Shown piece by piece: positions 46,833-57,949 of a stretch of DNA of 64,000 nt. Numbering within the stretch: position 1 is the stretch's first letter; the number at the start of each line of letters is the position of its first letter. Origin of the DNA: Rhizaria sp. SCN 62-66. Its lineage: Eukaryota. The notes beneath the pieces are model-generated. The model did not search any database. It saw only the letters and a program-made list of their open reading frames with translations, and was not told the DNA's origin. The translations under genes and the position numbers were made by a program. The stretch lies in contig MEDY01000051.1 in NCBI GenBank assembly GCA_001724265.1, forward strand, positions 1-64,000, read 5' to 3'.

Positions 46833-49800
46833 TCAGTCGAAGTTGTTGACGGCCTTGGCCTGGAGCGTCTGCAGCGCTTTGCGGTGCGCGATGAGCACCT
46901 CGATAGCGTTGACCCAGCGGTTGGCCTCCTTCTCGTCCGATGCCTCGAGGTCGATCGTGCGTTCGCGGCCCTGGACAGAGAAGCAGCACCGGTCGTTGGC
47001 GAGGAACTTGCCGAAGCGCTGGCGCTTGAGCTGCTCCGTGCAGCGTCCGCGCTCGACGGAGCGGATGCGGAAGATCTTCATGCGCGTCTCCTCCTCGACC
47101 ACCTTGGCCTTGGGATCCTTCCAGACGAGCCAGATCATGTCGTCCGTCACGTACACGTGGCGCGCGCGCGGCAGCGCCGTGCGCGAGTGCTTCTTGAGCA
47201 GCGCGCCGGCCGTGAGGAAGTTCTTGATCTTGGGCGGGATTTCCTTGATCTCGTCCGGAATCCGGTTCGTGGGCCCGGCAGAGTCGATGATCTCCTTGAC
47301 GTTCTTGCGCGTGCGGTCGAACGACAGGAAGTCGATGTCGTTGAACGAGAAGTCGACGCGGTTGAGCACGTCGATCACCGTCTGCGCAGCCGCCACAACG
47401 TCCTCGCGCGCGGCGTTCTCGGCCTTAATGCTCTCCATCGCCGGAATCACGCCCTGCGACTTCATCGTGTCGCGCACCGGCTGGCTCGCGTAGGCCATGT
47501 TCTCCAGCGGCTTGACGCCCGTGAGCACCACGGCCGGCGTCGCCACGTGCGCGCGAAGCACCTCGAGCATCGTCGCAACAAACGCCGTCTCGGCTGCCGT
47601 GACGGCGACGGGCGTGTGCACGAAGATGTTGGCAAGGAAGGTCGACACGGCGACGAGCGAGCTTGCCTCGCGCGCGCTGAGCAGCGTCGAGATAGACGCC
47701 TTGAGCGCGTCGTCGGCCATCGCCAGCGCGTTGTCCTCGGCGCGGCACATCGCACTGAGCGTGTTGAAGGCCTCGTTCACGACCTCTGGCGCACCGCCGG
47801 GGACGGTGGGCGAGTTGGCGCGCAGCAGCGTGAAGGCGAGCTCAATCGCTCCCTCGCCGGCCATGACCATGCTCGCGCGGTCGGAAAAGCACAGGTTAGC
47901 GAGCGTGCGGAGGCCGATGAGCGTGACGGCGGGGGCCGCGGCGTGAAGCTTGACGGCGCGCACGAGCTGCGACGCCACGCCGGGCTGGCTCAGGCGCTCG
48001 ACGTTGTTGATGGAGAAGGTGAGGTTGAAGATGAGGCGGAGCGCGAGCTCGGCGAAGGCGAGGTCGTAGCCGTGCGTGTTGAGCAGCGAGATGACGACTT
48101 CGGCGCCAATCTTGATGATCAGGTCCGCGATGTCCTGCAGCACCGAGAGGTTGCACAGGCCCGTGACCGAGAGGTGGCACAGCTCCAGGTTGGACACGTT
48201 GGCGCTGGCCACCTGCAGGATGGCCTGCACGGCGCCTTCGTCGACCATGGCGCGCATGTGGTCCGCGTTGCAGTTGGAGGCCAGCGTGGTGAGGGCGCGG
48301 ATGGCGACGTCAACCACAGCGGCGTTGTTGGTATGCGTCGTGAGCGCGACGACGGAGCACTGCACGCCGCCGGCCTTGATGATGACGTCTACCGTCTGCG
48401 GCACGGCGGCCAGCATCGACAGCGCACGGAACGCCGTGGTGAGCACGTCGACGTTCTCGTAGTTATTGAGAATGGCGAGCACGATGGCGTCGGCGCCGCC
48501 GGCGTTAGCGATGGCGAGCTTGTTGCCGTCGTTGGACTGGCACACGTTGCAAATGATGCAGATGGCCGAGTCCAGCACGTCGGGGTTGCTGATATGCTCG
48601 TTCATGAGCCCGATCACCACGGACGCGCCCTTAGTCGCCATCACGAACGCGCAGTTGGTCTCAGAGCCGTACGTCAGCTGCGCGAGCGCATACATCGTCG
48701 CCTCGAGCAGCTTCGCCTCCTTCGCGTGCTTCTGCAGGATCTGCATGATGAGACTGATACCGGACTCGACACCGATCTCCTCCTTGAGCGCGTCGTTGAC
48801 GGCAAAGTTGCCAAGCAGATACACGCCACAACGGACGAACTCGACGTTCTCGATGTTCTTGCGAATCGCGTCGATGAGCTCGCGGATCGAGTTGAACCCC
48901 GAGGCGGCGATCGCGGCCGCCACGTCATCGTCGTTGGATAGCTTGCCCAGCACCTTGGCCGCGGCGGCGATGACGTCGGCGTCCTCGTGCGTCGTCACAA
49001 TGCGCGTCAGCTGCTTCATCGTGCCGTTCGACGTCAAGTAGTCGGCCGCGGCACGGTCGTACGACAGCTTGCCCATGCCGTCGAGGTTCTTGCGCAGCTG
49101 CTTGGTCGCGACGGGCTCCTTGAACGTCACGTGCGGCAGTACGACCTGGCACTGCGCGCCGAGCACGTTGGGGTCCTGCAGCGCGGAGACAATGTCGTCC
49201 TCAAAATCACCGCAGAACTTCTGGAACGCGTTGGTGGCGCGCTTAAAGATGCTCTCGTTGTCGGGGTGCTTGACCATGAGCGCGGCCATGGCCTGCAGCG
49301 CGCCGTTGCGCGCGAGCGTGTGCACGGCGTCGGGGTTGTCGAGCATCATCTCGAGCTTGTCGAACATCTCAGACAGCGCATCCACGCCGTCGCCGTTGCC
49401 CGCCGCGGCCTTGACCATCGAGTGCAGGAATTTGGGCACTTCAGCCTCGTCCATCAGCAGCTTCTCGACGCTCGTGCGGCGCGCAAGCTTGTTGAGGTAC
49501 TTGCCGTAGGCCGTGAGCTCGTCGATGACGCGCTGCGTGACGACGCACGTGTCATCCTCCTTCTTGAAGCGACGCAGCACCCATCCCAGCAGCTCGAGCA
49601 TCGACAGCGGCTTTGCCAGCATGCGCTCCTTGTTGGCGTCCAGCGATGCGAGGGGCTCGAACAGCGTCGACGTGTTGAACGCGAGCCGCTCGGTGGCGTA
49701 GTGCGCGCGCAACGCCGTGGTGCAGAGCGGAATAACATCCTTTTCGCCCATCTCCGTGGCCATGGCCTCGCCGTGCGCGCCGGCCGTGAGCGTGATGAAC

Positions 49801-52480
49801 GTATTGACGCACTCGCGCTGCACGATGCCGTTGCCCGCGTGCTTCTTCATGACGGCGATGACTGCGTCAAGCAGGTTTGCCGCGATGAGCGCGCTCTCGG
49901 CCGTGGGGTCCTCGAGCAGCTGGTTCACGACCTGGAGCCCTTTGATAAGCTGGTCGGGGTCATGCATGTTCATGTACAGCGAGTCCACCACCACGCCCGC
50001 GCCGCCGGCAGAGACGAACTGCGCGGCGGCCGTGGCGTCGCCGATGGCGGCGGCCAGGATCTCGGCCGCGGCGGCCTTAATCACCTCGTTGCTGGGGTAG
50101 GTCTTGGCAAGCTGCACCACGAGCGGGATCACACCGGCCGCGGCGAGCGCGCTGATGTACTCGCCGCCCATCCGCGCGCAGTACGCCACGGACATGATCG
50201 CGTTCTCGGCCGCCGCCTCGTCCGTCGGGTCGCGTACCAGCGCCGCAAGCAGCGGCTCGAAGATGGGGTCGTTCATGCACGCCAGCGCCGTCGCACCGTC
50301 GCCGTACGCGAGCAGGTTCGCCAGCGCCAGCGTCGCTGCGCTTATGGTGCGCGCGCGCTCGCCGGCGTGCGCGGGCGTCAACAGCAGCGCGGCCTGCACC
50401 GCGGCAGTCAGCGCCACGCTCGCGTTGCCGCTGACGAGCTTCGGCAGATTCGCCGCGACGTTGGAGTAGGCGGCGACGGACTCGGTGGCGTTGGCTAGCG
50501 GGGCGGCGCGCGTCGCGGCCTGCTCGCGCGGCGCCTTGCGGAGCTCCGAGGCGTTGACCCAGACGGCCGAGATGGCGTCGTTGATCTGCCCCTCGCCCGT
50601 AAGGCGCGACATGAGCGCGGTGCCGAACTCGCGCATGGCGGCGTCCTCCTTGAGCGCCTCCAGCGCGTCGAGCACGGCGCGCGCGAGGCCGGCGGCGCGG
50701 AGCTTCTCGGCGCCGTTGGGGTCATGGTCCATGATGCCGTTCATGGCGCGGAACACGTTGCCCACGATCTCGGGGTCGTCCTTCCAGTGCGCGAGGATCT
50801 CGGCCAGCACGGCGGCCGCGCCTGCGGCCAGCAGCGCCGCCACGCCCTCAGGCGACTGGGCCAGGTTCGCCAGCGCACGGGTCAGCAGTCTGCGATAGGA
50901 GGAGAAAAATAGGAAGAGTTAGACGCAAAAAAATGTGAGTTTAACATATGTGGGCTCTCAGAAACGTAACGACAAAAGACAGACAGAAATCGACAAGAGT
51001 CAATGAAACGTGTGTAGAGTAGATGAACTAATACGTACTCGACGATCTCCCTGTCCTCGCTGTGCGTCTTGAGCAGGTCTAGGATCGAGGGCACGATGCC
51101 CGCGGCAATGATACGCGCATGCACGCCAGTATAGCGCGTCAGGCGCTCGTAGTTGTCCGACACGGCTTCGGCGATGTCGCGCGCGCCGGCGTTGACCGAG
51201 AGCGACGTCAGCAGCAGCTCCATGAGCGACGAGTCGAGCAAGTACACGGCGTTGGCTTCGCGCGTGAGCAGCTTGGCCAGTGCCTTGAGCACCGCGTACA
51301 GCGTCTCCGGGTCGCCGCCGTGGGCCGCTGCAAGCGCCATAAGCGCCTGCACGCCGCCCGCGGCGAGCACCTCGTACACCTTGCCGTCGTCCTTGCACAG
51401 GCGCAGCAGCGCGCGCGCGCCGGAGCGGGCAATCTTGTACGCCGTCTCGGAGCCTGGGGCCTGGGCGACGGTGTTGAGCACGTTGATGAGCCACTTGAGG
51501 CCCTCCTTCTGGATCATGAACTCTGCGTTCTCGTCGACGAGCATGAGCGACGAGAGCCGCGCCAGGGCCTGCGCCAGCTCGTCCGTGATGCCGATGCGCA
51601 TCGCCAGCGCGTCCGTCAGGTCCGACGGCTTGGCAATGAGCGTGAGCGCCGCGGCTGCGCACTTGAGAATAGCGGCGTGGTTGGGGTGCGCGTCGAGCGC
51701 GGCAGCGATGATGTCGACGGCGCCCAGCGAGCGCAGGTAGTCGACGTACTTGCCGCCGTGCGCGGCCGCGATGTTGGCGAGCGCGCCCAGCACGTGCTCG
51801 ACGAGCGCCTTGTCCTCGGGGAACTGGGACAGCGCCGTAAGTAGCTCCGAGACGATGGGCGTGCGCATGATGGCGTCGATGTGGCCGGCGTTGCGCGTGA
51901 TCGCACGCACGCACTCGGCGACGGCGGCCATCACGCCGGGCTCCTCGCGCATGCGCTGCGAGACGGAGCCGAGCGCGGGGGTGCACTCTGCGGCGACGAA
52001 CATGTCGACGTTGGGGTCGATGCGCATGAGCTTGGCCATGGCCGAGCACGACGCCGCTACCGTTTCGGGCTCGGTGTGCTTGAGCAGCGAGTGGATAATC
52101 TGCTCACCGCCGCCTAGGCGCTCGGCAATCATGCGCGCGATGTCGTCGTTGATGCAGAAGGCGGTGAGGCACTCGTTGATGGCGCGGTGCAGGTTCTCGT
52201 TGAAGGGGTTGAGCTTCTGGATGCGGAGGAAGGTCTCGATGACGCCCTCTTCGATCATTTCTTCGATCGACACGGCGTCAACGGCGAAACCCTTAAAGCA
52301 GGAGATCGAGTACATAACCATGTTGCTGAACTTCATGTTGCGGTTCATATCGCCCAGGTGGCGGTTAATCTCGGTCTTGTTTCGGGCGATGCGGCGAACG
52401 TTCTTGCGGGCCGGGCCGGCGCGCTTGAGGCTCGCCAGGGCTGCCTCGGGGGTCCAGCCCGCAGGGACTGGGTGTGCCAT
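46833..52480 (-). CDS. Large armadillo/HEAT-repeat protein with C-terminal PH domain (architecture of apicomplexan glideosome-associated connector, GAC); exons 51039-52480 and 46833-50889; 1832 aa
   Basis: Continuous ARM-like repeats (GAVDIIAAALDAHP, GGVQALMAL, GVIPLVVQLAKTYP, GGADAIVLAI). PH domain FLTAGALLKKHSRTALPRARHVYVTDDMIWLVWKDP...CFSVQGRERTIDLEASDEKEANRWVNAIE. Intron 50890-51038 (GTACGT..CAG) joins the exons in frame (5499 nt). Ends TGA. Confidence 0.85.
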
Positions 52481-53220
52481 ATGCGCAGCACTGCACGCAA
52501 AAATGCAGCACAAGGCAAGGAGTAAAGGTCGGACAGAGCGAGGTTCGGTGATGGCAGGGCGAAAGGAGGATCGGGGGGCGAGAGGGATTCGGGCGGGGAG
52601 AGACGAGGGTGAGTGGAACGGCGCTGTGAAGGTGATGCAACAATGGGACAAAGTACGGGCTATGCTGGGAAAGAAACTGATTCGGGGCGAGTAAATCAGA
52701 ATGGAGGGGCGCGATAGGCTCTTCGCGCGTGGACCGCACGCGGTCGTCCGACTTGGGCTAATCGGTAAACTAAAAGAGAACATAGCACTGCGGATCGACC
52801 GCCCATACATGCAGCCTTTCGGTATGAAGCAAATGCGACCACATAAAATACTTCATATAATTCTGTGATTTATCAAAGCTTTTTTTGACCCATTACGGGA
52901 CGTTTCTGATGTTGGGAGTTTCGTTATGGTCGTTGTCGACTCGCTCTGGCAGGCGGTTCGCAAAAAGTCTCCCGAGGATCGAAATTTCGTTTGAGCGAAA
53001 CGCAAGTTCTCGTTTACGGTTCGCCCTGCCATAACCACTCCGTTAGTGACTTAAAGACGCACTTTTGATTTAAAACTATGCCCTCAATTTTTATTTCTAA
53101 ATTCATTTCTCGTTTAGCTCTAACTTATTGATCGTAAACTCTTCCGCCGCTGACCACTTTCTCCTCCGTTTGCCACCCGTTGCCCCGTCCCCTTCGTCCG
53201 CCCGGTCTCTACTAACACAG

Positions 53221-54830
53221 ATGTGGCCTGCGGCCCCCTTTAGCGTACCTGGTACCCCCATTGTGCGGTATCCGCCGCCAACGCCCGTCGTGCTCACCAC
53301 GCTGGGTCCCTCCGCAGGGTTCGCCGCCAGTCCCGCCCCAGTCTCCGGAAACACTCACTATATCTCGGGCGCTGCTGCTGCTGGCGCGGCGGGGTCGGCT
53401 GCTGTGGGCACCGGCCACGGATATGCGCCCCAAGTGATCCGGCCCTACCGCTCAGTGCCCTACCTTCCCGGCGCAACGACCTCCACAGGCCCTCAGCAAC
53501 AGCACCAGCCTCAGCACAACAAGCTTCAGCCCCACAACTCTTACGGCCTCAGCTGCAGTCGCGGTCACAGCCAGGCTTACAGCCACGACGCCCAGCCGCA
53601 GCAGCACCAACCGCACCCGTCTCAGCACAGCACTAACGCCGGTCCCAGTGCTGTCAGCGCTGCTAGTGGTGTCAATGGTGCCAATGGTGTCTATGGGAAC
53701 ACGAGCTACGTGGCGCCGCCGTCGCGCCCCGCCTTCATCCTGCCTCACCAGGGCCTCTCAACCCCTGCCCTGGTCCCGATCCCCGTCCCCGGCTCCGGCC
53801 CTGTCCCGTCGACCGCGACCGCGACTTCGGCGGTGAGCGCGGCCACGGCGTCGGCGCGTCTCAGCGCCGCCCGCGGTGCCGCGCCCGCGCCCGCAACCGC
53901 CCCCCTAGCCCCCGCGTCCGCGCCGCGCTCTGCGCTGCCGACTCACAGTCACTCTGCCCACGGCCACTCTGCCCGCGGCCACGCGCCCGTGGCGGTACCG
54001 AGCGTGGCGGCGGCGACGAACGCGATCAATGTGCCCGCCACGGCGCCGCGGTTGGGGCTCGCCTCGGGGGCGCGCATCGGTGAGCACGTCCCTCACGTCC
54101 CGCACGTTTCACACGCTCCGCAGAGCGCCGCTCACGGTCATGCTGCGAGCAGTGCTGCTGCTGCTGAGGAGTACAATAGCAACGATGCGAGCTATCTGTC
54201 AGCCCTGCAGACGCCGCACCACACGCACAAGTCCTACAGCGGCAGCAACCACGCGAACAGTCATCGCGCCAGTCATCGCGACACCGAGGCGGCGACGACG
54301 AGTGCACACCCGGCTCAGGCCCAGGCTCAGGAGATTGCTGCAAGGACCGGCTTTGTACAGGCGACCCGCGTTGCCCTCACCGCGCCCTGCGCCAGCTCCC
54401 GCGGCGTCGCCCACAGTCACCAGCAGCACGCCGCCCACAGTCACTCCCACGGCGCCGCCGCCCACGGTCACCCCGCGGCCGCCGCCGTGCCTGTGGGGGC
54501 GCACGGCCACTCGAGCATGCGGCTCACCGCGCCCGCCGCGTTCGCCGCGAGTGCGAGTGCTGCACCGCTGAACCACGCCGCGCTGCGCTCGCACACGGGC
54601 GCGAACAACAACAACATCGCGCTGGCCGGTGGCGGCGGCGCGCTGGTCGGCGCGGTGCCGGTTGCGACCCTCGCTGCTGGTGGTTCCGCAGGTGTCATCA
54701 GCGGCGCTGCCCACGGTCACCCCGCTGTCCACGGTCACTCCGCGGCTGCGCACAATCAGGTGCACGATGTGGGGTCGCCGCTGCGCTGGTACTCCGCGCG
54801 CCCCGCACTCAACGCGCATAGCACCGACAA

Positions 54831-54871
<41 letters not shown>

Positions 54872-55350
54872 GCTAGGCCCACGGCAACGGTGGCCAGGCT
54901 CACGGCAACATGGGCCAGCATGTCGCGCTTGGCAGCGACGACGCGCCCGTGGCCACCGTGCTTGCGTATGATGACGACGAGGACGCTGAGGGTTGCCATG
55001 ACGGCTACAACAGCAACGGCGATCCTCGTACCGCTGCAGCGAATGGTAACGACTATACGTACAGCCAGGGCGCGTTCAACCAAGGCGTGTACCCCAACCA
55101 AGGCGCATACCCCGCGACACAACAAGGGGGCAGCAACCCTTCGCAAGCTGACAACCACGCCGAGAGCAATGCTGATGACTCTGACCAGTACGATAATCGG
55201 CAACAGCAGCCTCAACAACAACAGCAGCAACAGACGATGTCCGTGACTTCGGGTGCGACCACCGTGCATGTAAGTGCCTCGCCCACTTACACCTCGACCG
55301 TGGTTGTGGGCAACGACGACACTTACGTTGTTGCCACCTTGCCCCCTCAG

Positions 55351-55388
<38 letters not shown>

Positions 55389-56430
55389 GCCTTCTATGTC
55401 TCTGCCGCTGCCTGAGCTGCCTGCCGCTCTCGCCACCGCGTCAATGAACGCTGTCGATGTGACTGTAGCCTCGACCAAACCTCATCTTGCATATCAGCAG
55501 CGCCCGGCGCCTTACACTGAGCCTTACGCTGTTCAGCAGCAACAGCAGCAACAGCGTGGCGCGGCTGTCCAGGACGTGGCTAGCCCCAGATCCCTGCTGT
55601 CAGCAACCCCCGCGCCCTCGAAGCCGCTGCCGTCGCCCTTTTCGCCCCTCGACCACAGCCGCAACGCCGCTACAGATCCTCCCGAGGCGCATGCAGTCGA
55701 CCCGCATCAGGGCACTTACATTTCCGAGCGCAACCCTTACACGCAGCAGTCTAAGCCGCACCTGGGCTCGCCGCACCACCGTGCGCCACGCTCCCCTTTG
55801 CGCACGGCCACGCGCCCCGGCGCCGTCTTTGTGCCGCTGCCCGCTGCGCCCGCAGACGCGAGCGGGTTTGCCGTGCTGCCCGTTGGCGCGGTGGCTGGTG
55901 GCGCGTTCGTCGCGGTGCCCTCGGCCAACGACGTGGAGGCCGACGGCGGCGAGTACTGCGGGCTCTTTGCGCGCGAAGATACGATTAGCGGCGCCCGCAG
56001 TCACTTGGCAAGTGCTGGCCACATTAACGCCGGTATCAGCGTCAACATGAGCAAGCTGGGGCTGGCTCTGGAGGGCGCCGAGGCGTACTTGCGCCCGCAA
56101 GCGCCTCATCAGCAACAGCAGCAGCAGCAGCAGCAGGTTGGCTCCGACGACAGCGATCTGCCCGTGCTACCGTCTCCCCAGCAGCAGCATCAGCAACATC
56201 ACCACCAGCAGCAACACGGCGCCTTTGACGCCACAAGTGCTAATCTGAACATGAGCACGGTGCTCAGCCCCATCCACGCCCGCTACCAGCCGCGTCTCGC
56301 TGGCGCTGGCGACGCCGCTCACAATGTGCTGGCCAACGTCAGCGGCGACTGGGACGACGAGGAGGAGGCGGTGCGCCGCTACAGGGCCAAGCTGCAGCAA
56401 CAGCGCCAGCAGACGCAACAACAACAGCAG

Positions 56431-56471
<41 letters not shown>

Positions 56472-57273
56472 ACAACGGATGCCTTCTGCAGGCTCTCTCG
56501 ATGTGACCACCGCCGCCGCTGCCCCCGCGCCTGCCGCCGCCCCGAGTGCGACCGGCTTCGGCAGCGGTTCCGTTGCGCTGCCGGCGTGGACGCAGCTCCC
56601 AAACAGCCGCGTCGCCGCCGACATCACTGTCAACAACAGCAACAACAACAGCAGCTGGAGTGGCGCAAGTGCCGGGGACGCGAGCGGCGGCGTGCGGCTC
56701 AAGGTGGTGCAAGTGCCCGTTCCCGCCCCGCCGGGCTCGCCCTCCTCCCTCGCCGGCCCCCGCGCCAGCGCCAGTGCGAACGCGCCTGCGCCTAATGTTA
56801 GCGTGGCTGCCGTAGCTCCCAGCGCGGCCGACGACGTGGCTGTGAGCAGTGGTGGAGTGACCGTGACCGTGTGCAGTCCCCAGCGCCAGCCGCCCCCGTC
56901 TCAGGCTCAGTTGTCTCAGTATAGGCGCCCGTCCCTGCCCCTGCCCCAGCCCCAACCGGATCTTAGCTCTGACGCGCAGCAGCCGCCGCCGAACGTGACC
57001 GTGAGCGCTGGCGGCTTCACTATGAGCGCCACCTCGTCATACCCGACGTCCAGTGCACCGGCCGCGAGCAACAACAGCAGCAGCACCGCTATGATCTCGG
57101 GCGCGATTGCGACTGCAGCGTTGGCGACGGTGTACCAGCGCGTGCCCGAGTCGCCGCGGACTGCGATGGCGCGCGAGGACGCTGCCGCGCGGGCAGTGCT
57201 CGACGCACTCTTCGGCCACGAGGTCGCAGTCGTCACGCAGACTTGGCGCAAGGACCTCGGCCTTGTCGCTTAA
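53221..57273 (+). CDS. Hypothetical intrinsically disordered Ala/His/Gln-rich protein; about 1350 aa if TAG 54874-54876 is read as sense
   Basis: ORFs 53128-54876 and 54910-57273 are in the same frame, separated by one TAG and 11 open codons. ATG 53221 follows CTAACACAG. Ends TAA. No recognisable domain. Confidence 0.65.
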
Positions 57274-57949
57274 GCGAGCAAGCGGGCTGGAAGCAGCAAG
57301 TACGTAGCAACGTGTGTCACTTCACCGCCCAAAAGGATCCGTCGAGGTTGTGGTTGAGGTTTAAGCGATAGACGCTTAATATCACGATTTATAGATAGTT
57401 TCATTCGAGGTTTATAGTACAAATACAGCATGATATCTTAGATATGTCAAACACATCAATGCTTGCTCAATTGTAAATAAATGGATGACGACATCGACTG
57501 TGACGAGTCAATTGGTTCTCAAAAAAGTTTCGATGATGACAGCGGTCATCACCGACAGCGAAGAAGAAGAAAAACGAGATCGTGGCCAAAAAAGCACGTG
57601 ATTGAGCGACTTATCGCGGTCGATACCTGTGGGCCCTGGACACTAAAACCAAATTCTTTTGATGTTATTTGATTGAATGTATACGGGATAATTTTGTGGC
57701 TATTCGAAAAGACTATAATATGACTTATATCGACCTGGGGCATGCTCTCTTTTTCTTCGTCATCCACCTCTCACTTGAGGGTGCTCCTTTTCCTTCAACG
57801 CACAGTCTTGCGCACCGCACTCATTCCCAGCTTGTTTTATTTCCCGCTCGTATTTTTGGACACTCTCTTGCCTTCCGACCCACCCAGAACCCAACCAACT
57901 TCGCATCGTTATCCCTCCACTTTCCCCCACTTTCCGCTCCGCCTCGTTC

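Noticed and set aside
35525-52480. SMYD methyltransferase near the GAC-like gene as a functional pair (cf. apicomplexan AKMT regulating GAC)
   Set aside because: The enzyme looks like a generic MYND-containing SMYD, three unrelated genes intervene, and gene proximity in eukaryotes is weak evidence.
22254-57273. Pseudogene interpretation of the three TAG-interrupted genes
   Set aside because: Each has exactly one lesion, always TAG, with no frameshift or TAA/TGA over 1.8-7.1 kb, and RRM2 is intact. Disfavoured but not formally excluded without reads.
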